Assembly: GCF_964355755.1 (NCBI RefSeq)
Contig: NC_092676.1
Coordinates: 3,821,888 to 3,885,887 of the forward strand
Reading direction: 5' to 3'
DNA: 64,000 nucleotides
From: Antedon mediterranea
Lineage: Eukaryota > Animalia > Echinodermata
The position numbers and the translations under genes were made by a program. How positions within the stretch are numbered: position 1 is the first letter of the stretch; the number at the start of each line of letters is the position of its first letter. This document shows, one piece after another, positions 37,501 to 52,500 of the stretch. Below the pieces are notes generated by a model. It was not told where the DNA came from. It made no database searches and saw only the letters and a list, made by a program, of their open reading frames with translations.

Positions 37501-40500
37501 AATGAGCTAGCGTTTTCACTCGAAGTATATTATGTACAAATCTTTATTATTGCAGTTAAACCACCCACATCATCACCTTTCCCTCACTGGCATGAGTAGC
37601 GTTGTAAAACCAGTAGAGAATAGGCCTACGGTACATCACATGCCCTAAACGCAGAACAACTTTAGTGGGTAGGGTAGGAACCAACTTAAGTATGAATTGG
37701 CTCTAAGAAACAATTGAAAACCATTAGGCCTACTAATTAAGTTGAGTTAGATAATTTAATATTTATTGACGATTAAATCGAATTTATGATTTTCCCCGAA
37801 TAGAGGTGGTTTTCACAAATTGTTTTACATTATATTATAAACATATACACGTCGTAGTGATGTATCGTTACATGTGCTGTACTATTTCAATCGACTAGGA
37901 CGGTGATAGTTTCAACAAAGTATTACATCGCAATGTTTTACTGTGTTTAGTGGTATATTATTTGTAAAACATGAAAGCAATTAATATTTCGTTACTAAAT
38001 GGATAAAGAATATATTTTAACATTGTTCCTCTTTGCACCCATCCTCTTCCCCATCCCTCAACCCTAATGTTACATACAAAACACAAATTAAGTTTGTTTA
38101 AATTTGACTTAAACAATTGGTCTTATTTGTGACAAGTTTCTCTTTCGGAAGTAATAGGGTGCTGATTTTAGTTGAGTACATAAATCACAGTGTCTATTTA
38201 TTCGTTCCTGTACACGACATGTATTATTGTCCTGCGGTACGTACATTTGAAATCGCCAGTTTTTTAACGCTGAAATTATTATGTATTCGAGAACCATCTG
38301 TGGGCAGGACCTAGATGGTACGCGAGCGAAGCGAGCGTACCATCTAGTTATTAATAATTTTCAAATTATTTAAAAAATGTTTAAAATGTCAAAGATTCCG
38401 TGTTTGTAGATTGTATTAGCCTAATAAAACTGCACTTTACTTTGGCTCGTCAACCTTTTTCGTTCAAAATGGTAAATAGAATAATACATAAAGGTGAAAA
38501 GTAAATATTCCGTGTTCGTATCACAACGTTTCGGTATTAATTCGTTGTGAACTTTCTGTTAAGTAAAACTGATACTGCTCCGCGCACTTGTCAGTGTAAA
38601 TTTAACGTCAATAAATTAACTTAAGTGTATTGGTATTCCATTCATTACCCCTACATCGTGACAGCATGAGGATACTAATAAACATTCTTCGAATGATCAT
38701 CATTCGATTAATTTGACTTTCTATCGTATAATGACGAGTTCAGCTTGGTTCTCACTAGCGACGCAACGTAACGCAACCGACGCAACGTAAGAAAATACCC
38801 TTCCAATAATTGTGTTTGCCCCCGCCTGCGTGAAATCAAACCTGTTCGTTGCGCGTCAACGTTAAGCGTGGTTCCCACTAGCGACGCAACACAAGGACGT
38901 AACGCAACGCAAGTGAATTGACCATTCCCAAGCGATGGCTTATTCGCTTGTGATCGATTGCTAACTGTCATTGCTTGTCATTGGTTAAAACGCTTGCATT
39001 GCGTTTACGTCCTTGCCACGCTTAACGGGACACTAATAAAGGAGATATTTTGTTTGTGTCCCGAATTTGTCTTTTTTTAGTCAACTTTTATAAATCACAT
39101 CTTATAAACCCCTATTAGATGCAGATAAGAAATATACACATTTTTTATATATTTTCTATTCTAATCTAAATAGGCCTACCTCCTATTCTAAAGAATTTTC
39201 ACTATTCTTTGACCTTAAAAACTACACAATTACAATGCCTTAATGTGGCATAAACACATTTAGCCTTCGAGCATCACTAATACATTTTCATAACATGGGA
39301 TCTATTTTAATATCTGTTGTATTTAAAGCCCCATGGCTATTTAAAATCAATGTGTTTTTTCTTGTATTATGTTATGACACAATTGGCGCTTCGTAGAATT
39401 ATTATGGTAATCGTAAAGCACCGGGAATCATATCTTTGTATATTGTTCCCTTGTGAACATCCCCAGTCGTGCATTGATTTTTAACATAGATTTCAGCATA
39501 GACGAATGAGAATAGAAGCTTAAGACAGCGAGAATGAGTGATTTAAAGCTTGGGTACAGATATGAATTTTAAATATAATATCTTGTTAGTTGTAGATAAA
39601 TCAAATATTTGTAATAGAAATCAAGAAAAAATATGAATTTCCCTTAAAATGGTCAAATACAAAATCTAGCAAATCTCTTACAAAAACCAGAAAGACATTT
39701 TTTCAGTAGTTAGGTAGTTTAACCTAATGTAATAACATGTCTAGTGACTCCCTAGAAAGTAAAAAAGATGGTAGATGGATGGATAATTGTTGCTATATAG
39801 CATAAAAATAAAACTCTGAAGTTGAATTAAAATACTAGAAATGTAAAATTCAAGTTATATTACCTATATTTAGTCATCTGATAACATTTTTTACCACACC
39901 GTTTATTTTTCATAGTTTTTTAAAAATGCCTCTCTATTTACAACATTTGTGTACAAAAGAATAGAGATTTTACTGTGTAATTGCAACTATCCGCCTACAC
40001 CCCCCCCCCCCCAAGTGCTTTTCAAAAGCTTTTCAATAAAATCCCAAAAATTATGAAATAATTATTGGAATATGATCGACATTTTTAGGCCTAGGCCGAT
40101 GTGAATGCGCATTGAGTTAAGAGTTTCTTTTTGAAATAAGGGAAAACGATAAAGTTGAAATTACTTTTACCTTCAGTTAACGAAAAGTGAATTGAAAATA
40201 TCTTTATCCTTAGGCCTACGTATATTGTATAATATCATAGGCAAATGTCTTGATACAGCGTCGTATGTAAAATATGTTATCTAATGCTAATCATAGCATA
40301 ATATAGATATCACATGTGATATAATGTGACACTGTATTACAGAATGTTCTTAATATAGTTAATATGCTATATTACAGAGAAGCGGGTGAATGTACACCCG
40401 TGGCGTTTGACAGACTTGACATATCGTTTATAATCAGCTATGAAATTTGAGAAATTACGCAAGCAATATATCGTGGGTGATTTTAATCGTGCCATTAATT

Positions 40501-43500
40501 TTACTCACATTTCATAATAATTATGACAGTTATATAAACAAATCGAATATATCATGCATAACTACAATATTCACTGCAATATATATTGTAGATTGACAAA
40601 GAAAGAAAAGAAATAGGTAGCTACACGCTGAATTCTGTAAATTTACTGCTAATAGTATTTATCCCTTTAGGTTGCACGTAACGTATCAAGTAAGTAAGTA
40701 ACTCGAAGCAATGTGAAGGCCCTACATCCATATCGAACGTAACCCCACCTATTTGTCACTGTGACAAAAATGCATTTTTCCCCCGAGCTCATATAGTAAT
40801 ACATCGACTTTTACCCCATCGAAAACCATGCACAGACCTGGTTCTTTTCCTACTTGAAAAACCACGTGATTGTTTGGGATTGAGAATGTTTTACGTGGAA
40901 AGTGTGTTGCTGAGTATGAAGTCACTTCTACGGATTCTCCTCGAGTTTAAAGGTTATCTCTGCTGCTTTTAAACCTCAATGGTGCAGCTTTTGTTGCTGC
41001 AAGGAGTTTGGAGACTTCAACCAAACGTATGAATGTCAAAGACGTTGTACGAGTACTGGACACTGACAGATGTTGTCTTTGATGGTGACTTCCTGACGGG
41101 GTGTTACACGTTGCTGGAGAGGCAGGCATGACATGCAGGTACAACGTCACCACAATTTGACGAATTGGCAGTTTCTTAGCAATTTTTCTCGACGCTCTTT
41201 ATGGACGAAGTTGAATCATGAAACCACAAAAGAATGATGGTTAATCGGTGGAAAATGTTGACACAATAAACAGTTTACTGGAATTGGAAGTTCTTAAAGA
41301 AAAATGCACACTTTTTAAAGATATTTAAAATGTATTTGGGCCTATAAAGAATACCCACTTTTTACGAAATGTCCGCGAATGAATACGAGTTAAAATGATC
41401 TTGTTAGGTGTACTACGAACTATCTGTTACGATCTTCAAATCTCTTCATTTAAAGGGGAGAAAATTCTATTTTATTGTGATAGTCTTCTGTTTGTTGTAT
41501 GTATGTAATTTCTATTCTGAAATAAAGTGATCAATTAGCTTTTGTAATAAAGAGACTATACTGTTTTCAGGAAAGATTTGGCATACGCTATTGCTGAATA
41601 AAGCTTGGTTCCCACTAGATTCAGATAATTCAGATTCAGATAATATTTATTTAGATAATAATGAATGAATATATACAAAATAGAAAAAAGATATTAAAGT
41701 GAACATAGATAAAGCAGTAATTGGTAGTCATTATTATCATGGATCCCTTCTAGAAGTTAAAAACTTGTTTCGCAGGGACAACAAAACACATTACTAAAAA
41801 AATAAAAATAAACCTAGAATATATAATTATATAATTTAGGATAAAAAATTACAGTATAATAACATAACTAACATCTTCTTTATAAAAATTATTTAAATTA
41901 TATTTCAATAGTTTCATGATAATTATAAATGAAATAAATACCGATATTGGTAAATGAAAAAAATATGTATACATAAATTATAATTTATGTATATATATAG
42001 TATATACATTATATATAGTATAGATTAAAGATTGCAATAATAAACAACAACTAATATTTTGTGTAAACATAAATAGTATATGAGTATAAATAATGATAAT
42101 AAGCATATTAACTAAGCAGTATAATATTTAGATATATAATGATTCTTTAACTTTTTTCGGAAAGTAAATAATGATATTGACGTTTTGATATTTGGCGGGA
42201 TATGATTCCACAAATTAGGACCTGATATAGTTATAAAAAATTTAGTTTTAGTAAGTCTAGCAAAAAGAATGTTTAAATGAGAAGTTCTTAAATCGTAATT
42301 GTGAAATTTGGTACGTTTACAGAGCATATCAATTATAGAAATAGGAAGTTGGTTTTTTAAATAATTAAACATAAAACTGGCAACTTGAACATTGTGGATA
42401 TCCGTTAATTTTAATATACCAAGACGTAACGCAAGGACGTAAACGCAACGCAAACGTTTTAACCAATGACAAGCGAAGTTATAGACAGTTAGCAATCACA
42501 AGCGAATAAGCCATCGCTTGTGATTGGTCAATTCACTTGTGTTGCGTTACGTCCTTGTGTTGCGTCGCTAGTGGGAACCACGCTTAAGAATGTTTGAAGG
42601 GAGGGGATTGGGCTATTAACAAATTCACTTGAAATGACAAAAGAAAAGAACGAAATAGGAATTAAAATGTATAATAATAGAAATAATAATGATGATGTTT
42701 ACTGGGGTTAAACTTATATTTAAACCAAAGAATAACATAAATAATAGAATTAAAGAGAATAAATACTAATAGTATCTTTAGAATTTATCAATAATAATAT
42801 ACACAGATATTGAATATAATGCTTCTTACTATGTGTAGTGTTTTACTGATATTAAAATGCATGCCGTATAAAGATGACTTTAATCATAGTTATAATGGAT
42901 GGATTTTTGTTTTCATAAGACGTTGATATTTCGATAGAAATCACTTTTGACAATGCATACATATCGTCACGAATTAAATCGTCATTTCTTTCACTATTTA
43001 CTTTAGTTAATGCTTACTGATGACTTTTACTTTATTATCCACTAGTCTGTGTATATTCACTGCTAAAGAAGCATCGATCATCGCGTGTCATTCTTATCTA
43101 TTTATGCTTTCTCACTCCATTGATCACAATGGAAGCCGAACTGTAGAAATCTTCTTATTTCTTAGCTTTCATCTTTTACTATTACACGAATCGTCATTTT
43201 TTTTTATTGATAGAAAACTGCTCTTCCTGTTCTTTTTTAACGAGGAAAATGTTTTTGAGTAAAGTGTACGATATATTGTGTGACGTCACATACGATAATG
43301 TGTGACGTCATAATTAATGTATACAATGACGTAATACATAGCAAGCATACGCATTGGTCATTGCTGCGTGAATGTTCGCACTTGTAACAAACCAATCGTT
43401 GTTCTTACTTTGTATTTTTTTAAATGTTTTTTTTTCAACTATCTTAAAGGGCCTTTCACACCTGCTCCGGCACGGTTCCGGTCCGGCGACGGCAAATCCA

Positions 43501-46500
43501 ATCGAACGTCAATGTTTCGTTTTTACGCGGCTAAGCGCATATCGATTGGTGCTTGGCCGCGTGGAGCGTCGTGAAAACGAAACATTGGCGTTCGACTCGC
43601 CGGACCGGAACCGTGCCGGAACAGGTGTGAAAGGCCCTTTAAAGAGGGTAACCCTTCCAGTTTATCACAGTGTGTTAACTGATATTCAGAGGCCCTCTAC
43701 TGTAAATGTACTCGTTTGTATAGGTTACAGGGCATACACACTATATAATTATTTTAAAGGATTTCACAGCTATAGTCCTAGAACACCGCCATTGGATCTC
43801 GTAGAAAACTCCAAAATATTACATAGGCCTACATTACATAGAACTCCAAGATGATTCTCCAAAACCGTACTTATATGAATTATCAGTTTGGTTATACATG
43901 TCAAGTTTTCAATAACAAATATAATATTATAATTAATTTATAAAAAAATTGATAATATCCCCACATGAAAATGTAAAATAATGTAAATTCATGATTTATA
44001 TTCAAATTCAAATAGATCAGTCACAGAAATACAATTTACCGTTATGTCGTTCTGTAATGATAATGCATTACACAGACAAGAAAAAAAAGCTACGTTTGCA
44101 GATAAAAAATCAATTTCAACAAAAGATGAAAGTAATAAAATGTATAACGACACTGACTTTAATTTGACAGTATGTACATTGAATATAATATGAACATTTG
44201 ATGGGTGCAACACTGAAAGTGAATGGAATGAACTATGACCTATATAAAGAAAAGATGGTATAACCCGTGGTTTTTCCTGTACTGTGACAGCGTTGATTCA
44301 AATGGAAATTGTCATACAAAATTGACACTCGGCCGCGTATTTTTTTTAAATATAAAAAAAAAAAAAAAAAAAATTCGACAGATTAATATTTCATATAACT
44401 ACAGCCTGAACTCTCTGAATAATCTCTCTTAATTGTAGCTAACGATGTTTATTTATTTGTTTTATTATACCTTATTTATAGAAGGTGATCCTATACAGCA
44501 TATGCTGACAATCAAGAGGCCATCTTGATGAGTGACAGTGGCTGTGTGTATACTAGTACACCGGGGTAACCCCCTACTCATTGCAAAAGATTCTTTCAAG
44601 TGCACATGAGCCAGATGTTTGCACTGGACCTACGGTTTATAGTCCTTATCCGAGAAGACTCGTTCTACCACCAGAACCATGGAGTGAGTGAAGTTTAAAC
44701 CTTTACCGATGTTAATCTGACATGGTATTACGGTTCCATTGTCTTAACTGCTTGAATATTTATTTAAATATGTATTATAAAATAGTATTCAAATGTCAGA
44801 AACCTTTACGGGGTAACAACCTTTTAAGATATTGTTTGAGAGTTTGAAGCACGTTTCAAAATATACCATACATGTATAAGAGTGGCATCCCCGAGCAATA
44901 CACAATAACTGTCATGCATATGCAAAATAAAAAATGAACACAACTTACGTATTGTATAGTGTTATATCTGGAATCCATATTTCGGAACCCGGGATTCTGA
45001 CTTCATAGATGTTTTCATAGTCTGCCGGATTCCACGTAAGCTTTTCATCAAACCAGTGTTCAAATATGTGCATATTTAATTTTAAAATCTGGTCTCGTTC
45101 ACTCTGTGGGTAGAAGAAATATTAATTTAATAATCGGCCTGTATCTACAATGTTTCCAGTATATCATATGCAAGATCCGTGATACAGCACATGTTTTACA
45201 CATGTGATGCATAGGTTTAACCACGGTTATCCATATTACAGGGAGGTGTATCATCCCGTGTATCATGTATACAGATTCCGTGTGATACAGTTACCCATTT
45301 GCGTACTAGTGTGAACCGAACTTTAGTTTGCATACGTAACATGAAATATGTAGATTCTTTAACCTCCTGCAATGTAAATTTAAGTTTCTATTTCATAACT
45401 TGCATTCACACTTTTTGTAAAACCAACAAATAATAGTTTCAGATCTGCGACAGTAAATATAGTCTTCATATCATTTTCTGTATTCTCTTAAAACATTGCT
45501 ACAAAATTACTTATGATACAATTGATAATAATTCTATCATTGCTGGTCACATTCCGTAATTGATAAAAACTAAATATATTATTGTCATTAATATTTTGCT
45601 AGATAAACTATCTCTGAGATATTATTATTAATATACAAACAAGAAATACTAACTTTTATAATCAATGGGGTTTTTATTAAATTAAAAATTGCTGTTTTTT
45701 TAAAGAAGGAAATAATCTCATGTTTGATTTGTTGAAAGAATACAAAGTAACATTACTAATTGCCTTTAGGTGACGTCACAATGAAACGAACATACGCGCG
45801 CGTACGCGTACACGAGCAGTACTGGTCTTTGTGTGCGGTGGTGTCACCGACATTTACAAAGAAACTACTAAAAATGAATGTTTTTAAACAGTGTCATTTA
45901 GGCTTATTTAAAAAAAATGATGTTTTGCGTTGAAAGGTCTTATTATAATATCATTTTTTTAAATAGTACTTATGTAAATAGAAATTATTATTATAAAGCA
46001 AAAATATTATGCGCCTAATTGTGGCTTTGGATTGTCTATATGACATGATTGATTTGTTTCTTCAATGCAAGTTCAATCCTCGTGGGGTGGAATCGTCCGC
46101 ACAGAAAGCTTTTAACGTTTTGTTTAACTATTACATCGATGATTATTTGATGGATAGCAACTTTGTTTTGTCGTTATATTTATAAAAACGCATAATAATT
46201 TAATTATCAGCAGGATTGAAATTTTATCTCCTATACAATTGGACTTGATGATTTGCAAAATTGTTGTTTTATGGGAATAAATATATCTGATAGGATATAG
46301 CGTGATGGGATCGAATTTGTCAGGTCGCTTTGTATATAACCTACCAGAGTTTTTATCAAATCTTCTTGGTTCTCACTGTCACTTGTGATTAGTCAACTGA
46401 CTTGCGTTGCGCGTACGCCACTGAGATGTGGCAACTAATTTGACAAAAAAAAGTGTGATGTGCCCAAACATGGTAGGGATATGCCCACATATGGTAATGG

Positions 46501-49500
46501 TATGACATCATAATGTTCATATATGGGCACATCATTTTTTTTTTGTCACATAAAATTTGATAGTGTAGACGGAGCTTTATGCTTGGTTCCCAACGCAAGG
46601 ACAGACGTAAGCGTAACGCGAGTAATTCCACAACGGAATTCGCTTAGATTGCATGAGGCAATCGGCTTAATAATTATGTTAAAACAGCGTTTAATTTGGT
46701 TGCTAGTTTATGAATTAATGATGTGTATAGATATATTATTATTAATGTATTTCCTTTTCTGTTTATTATAAAATTATAGTAGATCTAATTTTTAAATTAA
46801 TCTTACTTAATTGAGGAAAGTAGTTTATAAATTTTTGAAAGTTTATGTCTGATCTTTTCGACTTCATCTTTATCGTATAGTATAAAATGCTATCATCGGA
46901 ATAACGCAATTACTGTGTAACTTTACTCATAATGTCCCTCAGCAGCATCTATTAACATAATGTAATATATTTGGCATATTAACGGATGATGTTGTGCGAA
47001 ATGGTGAAATGACCGAAGAAAACAGCTTAAACTGTAATAAGCACGTAGAGCGACAGATCACGCTCAAGACAGCAAAGTAAATGCCTTGAAAATCATGATA
47101 AATCCAACTTAAAAAGTTGAAATGCATATGGAACGCCAGTTGTAAAAGTTCTACATAATTGATATTCTGTATAGTTTCTTCCATGAAACGTACTTCGCCG
47201 GCGTCAGTCAGACTAACTTTCCATAATTATACAATTAATAGGTTTAACGTCACACACGACTTAAACATCCTACCCGTCTGGTCAATTGGTCACTGGCTCA
47301 GAGTGACCGTATGACACTTATGCCCTCTATAGTAGCTAATCATATTCGTGCGCTAACCGCGTGTCATACTTGCCTTTGGGTACCACGAATTTTGTTTAAT
47401 ATTATCATAGAAATTAACATTTTCTTTTACTTTTCAGGTTCTAAAGCTCTGTCCACACTATCAAACTAGTTCAACAAAAAAAGTGTGATGTGCCCAAATA
47501 TGGTAGTGATATGCCCACATATGGTAGTGATATAACATCATCATGTTCAATCTTCTATCGACTAAAGCCGAAGTATAGTCGTTATCTCGGGACCGTTCTA
47601 TGCCCACCACCAGGTAGGCTTACTTCATTAGGCTTCTATGAATGGATGTACTGGTTGTGAAACAGGAACGCTAGTAGACCAACCCAGTACCGTTTTGATT
47701 ACGATCAATCTGGAAATTACCTCACGATACTATCAAACTAGTTTTGCAAGAAAAGTGTGATGTGCCCAAATATGGTAGTGATATAAAATCATCATGTCCA
47801 TATATGGGCACATCAATTTTAATTTTTTTTAAAGTTCGATAGTGAAGACAGCTGAGTTTTAGTATCATCATCGCGACTATGACTGGTCAAATTACTGGCG
47901 GCGCGCTTACTTCATTGCGTTGCGTTCAATGAGTCGAGTGGGAACGAAGCTTTATATCTACGTATACAGTGGCGGATTACAATGTATATTTAGAAAGTTG
48001 TTTACCCGTAAATATTATTTCAGATCAACCACTAATCTAACCAATATGGGACGGTTTGTCGATTTTATTCCAATCACGTTTGAGCCACGTGTACGTTCTA
48101 ATAATCCCAAATTAATGCTTTAATACTGTACTGAGTTAAATACATCATACAATTTAAATGAATCAAACGTTCCCAGCTGCACAGTTTTGGCTATTATGAA
48201 CTCACTCATGCGTAGCAATTATGAACTCACTCATGCGTAACAATTATCGGATATTTATAACAATCTTTCAAAATCGGATTGTATTGGACCTTATAAATCA
48301 GCGTCGTCGTCTTATCTGGTGAGGTTTAAACCTGCCAGAGAGGTTGTCATGAGATCAGTGTTTAAACCTACCGTCAGCTTAAATTCATGACATGTAACTT
48401 CTTATTAATTACTTTTTGAAGTATTTTGGATTTCATTTAATCTTGTTCACGATTTTAGTATAATCATACTTTCAATTTGATTAAATTACCATACTACCGG
48501 TGCCAAAACAAGTTCATGTATAGATGTAAAATAAAAGGTTTATAGTTTCAATGGTAACATTTTCATTCAAACATTTTCTCCCGGAATTTTTCATGACATA
48601 TTATTCCGTGATGTTTTCTTTATGACCTGGTCATAATATTCTTGAAAACAGAAAAGAACAGATTTAAATTGCTTTCTAATATGTTCAACTTATACTTAGT
48701 CCCCAATAGCTCTATGCGCGCACACTTTCTCCGGTATTTTCACTGTACATTGTTATACATGTACATCTATTTTTCTTTGGTGACATAATTGTGAAAACCT
48801 TTTTCTGGTCAGGATAGTTTGTTTAGTAACAAAGACAGACTTAAGTTGTTTTTGTAATAATAAGAGGATATAACTTATTTGCAGTGTCTATTTACACTGA
48901 TAATAGTAGTAGATTATGACGGACCAATAGCTGTAATCCCAAAATCATCGAGCCTACCGCCAAATAGCAGACATCGATCTTCACTGCACCTGACGTGTAT
49001 GGCTGAGAGCGCGCAATTCAAAAGCTAAAACAAAACTGTGTGGAATTCTCGTTAGCTTGACTCAGTGTTGAAGAGATGGGAGGAAATAAGTAAACAGCAT
49101 GCTATACTTAGGAGAGGAAAGCAAGAAAAGCCAGCAAATAGAACTGGAAAGGGGTGATAGGCCTATAAGGTATGTAGGACATAATTGTGAAAATGGTGTG
49201 AATTTGTTTATGCTAGACTCGAGGTACTATTTCTCACTGTGGTGGTTTGTGGGTCAGCATGCAATAAAATATATATGCAAAATTTATTAAATATGAAAGA
49301 AATATGATTGATAAGGCAGACACAGTCACTGGGTATTATCCCAGGAAGAAATTTCGAAGAGAAAAAAAAACTGGCCTGAAACATGTTGGAAATTGAAAAT
49401 TATCAGGATAAAAAAAAGAAAAGTTACATTTGCGTTTATAAAAGATAAAAGAATGACTTCTGAACGCGCGCGACTATAACATGCTATAAGTCACTGATCA

Positions 49501-52500
49501 CCTACCCGGATACTGCTGGCATGCATCAACCGCTGTTTGTTGATAGGTTAAAGAGCTGTAATTAATCAGTCATGATTAAGCTGGTATTCTGTTTAATATT
49601 GTCTATTAAGCTACCGATATTTTTCTCCTCGTAATGAGAGTTTTAATGAGTTAAATTATATTACCATTCCCGTATAGCATATGGATGAGAATGCAATTTT
49701 CTGACTCAGAGCTGCCTGTCTAGGCTAAAGTACAATTAAAGCCTATGAATACTGATATCAACAATGATGATAACAATACTGATATCAACAATGATGATAA
49801 CAATACTGATATCAACAATGATGATAAAAAATACTGATATCAACAATGATGATAAAAAATACTGATACCATCAATGATAATAAAAAAATACTGATATCAA
49901 CAATGATGATAATACTGAATCTATATGTAAATAATATATGTATATATAAAAATAAAATGTTGGTTTGATCGTGTAATTCACAAGTCGAATTATTTATATT
50001 ACGCGTTGTCAGTGGCGCGATTTTCCACACGCCCACAGTGTTGATACTACCATATATAATTTTAATAATAATTACAGTATATAAACACAATAGGCATATA
50101 ATTAATTCTAAACCGCCCGGTGATATACTGAAGTTTAATTAATTAATTTGAAACTATAAGATGAGGAAATCTCCAACCGAGATTCGAAACCAGACCTTCT
50201 GCTTGATATGCAGATGTCCTAACCATTAGACCACTGGGGATTTCATGGTATAGTTCAAACCCGATTGGATAGCGACTATTTTTTATTTTTTATATTTTTT
50301 TATCTTTTATTTTTTAATGTTAAAACATTCTCGGCGTGGTACGGCGGAACAACACTAGTCTCCGAGATTAAATATATTTAAGATATATAATGTAAGGACT
50401 TCTGTACCAAGACGTATTTAGGGCATATCATATCAAACATATCTAAGTTGTATACTGCATAACACGCAAACTGTTTGTTTATACAAGGCGTGGCGTGAGT
50501 TAAAACATATAATACGTTATTTTCAAAATTATAAGCTGTGTAGACATACTGTAGCTATGTTATAAATAATAATTATATAATTTTATTAATATTAATGACT
50601 TCATTCTACTCGACAAAATGGCTGTGGATTATCATATTAATATCAATAACAATAATTAATTTAATTAATGAATATATTTAAGAATTTATCACGCACTCAT
50701 CATTAAACACCCACACTTATTGAGTTTTGATAGCTTTTTAACAATGAAGAATGAGATTTGCATTAACACTATAAATGCCATTCTTATAAAAACACAAAAT
50801 GAATGTATGCATTTTATAAGTAGGTCTACAGTAGTTGAAAAGATACATTTAAAAATGTCTAAAAACAAAAACTCACAATATCAACAATTTGTTTCATTTT
50901 AAAAGTGAAGTAGACGTCGATTGAATTGGAAGAATTTGTTATTGGCCGAAGACGTTTGTTGTAACCACCTAATAAATCCACCACCAGCCTCTGCTCACTA
51001 GGAATCTCTCTTGGTACTGCTGTAACACAACAAAAAATGATAACAATAATGATAATGATAACGATAACGATAATGATATGAATGATAACAATAACGATGA
51101 TGATAATGATAATGATAACAATAATTATATAAATAGTGATAACAATAATGATTAAAATAAATGAAACCAAAAGAAACAACATTGATATCAAATAATGATA
51201 TCAAATGATAACAATGATGGTATTCCGATGACTAGCCTGGTCATCAGTAGTATCAATGATAACAATACTGGTATCAACAATGATGATAATAATACTGATA
51301 TCAACAATAATGATAACAATACTGATATCAACATTGATGATAACAATACTGATAACAATGATAATAAAAATACTGATATCAACAATGATGATAACAATAC
51401 TGATATCAACATTGATGATAACAATACTGATAACAATGATAATAAAAATACTGGTATCAACAATGATGATAATAATACTGATATCAACAATAATGATAAC
51501 AATACTGATATCAACATTGATGATAACAATACTGATAACAACATTGATGATAACAATACTGATATCAACATTGATGATAACAATACTGATATCAACATTG
51601 ATAATAAAAATACTGATATCAACAATGATGATAACAATACTGATATCAACAATGATGATAACAATACTGATATCAACAATGATGATAACAATACTGATAT
51701 CAACAATGATGATACCAATACTGATAACAATGATAATAAAAATACTGATATCAACAATGATAACAATACTGATATCAACAAGGATGATAACAATACTGAT
51801 ATCAACAATGATAACAATATTGATATCAACTACAATGATAACAATACTGATATCAACAATGATGATAACAATACTGATATCAACAATGATAACAATACTG
51901 ATATCAACAATGATAACAATATTGATATCAACTATAATGATAACAATACTGATATCAACAATGTTAACAATACTGATATCAACTATAATGATAACAATAC
52001 TGATATCAACAATGATAACAATATTGATATCAACTATAATGATAACAATACTGATATCAACAATGATAACAATATTGATATCAACTATAATGATAACAAT
52101 ACTGATATCAACAATGTTAACAATACTGATATAAATAATTATGATAAAATACTGATATGAACAATGGTGATAACAATACTGATATCAACAAAAATGATAA
52201 TACTGATATCAACAATGATGATAACAATACTGATATCAACAATGATTATAACAATACTGATATCAACAATGATGATAATAATATTGATATCAACAATGAT
52301 AACAATACTGATATCAAATAAATAATGATAATGATATCAATAGATAATGTCATTGTAATAAAGGATCAATTTTCGAGTAGTCTATTGAACTTTTTCAATA
52401 CTGAAAGGGATAATGTACTAAAACCATGACTTAGTTAACAATCCAAAACAAGTTCTTAAATCAGCCACTAGTTAAACTGCCCTTTAATTTCAATAAATGA

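Noticed and set aside
42112-42495. 127-aa chimeric ORF
   Set aside because: Chance fusion of MITE-A sequence to a LINE C-terminal fragment, starting at a non-ATG codon.
43372-43854. 160-aa ORF
   Set aside because: It runs through a palindromic MITE and has no recognisable domain.
51188-52160. Three long ORFs (213, 321 and 292 aa), one resembling an N/D-rich biomineralisation protein
   Set aside because: Open frames on both strands come from a triplet-periodic minisatellite inside receptor intron 1; there is no signal peptide or splice support.
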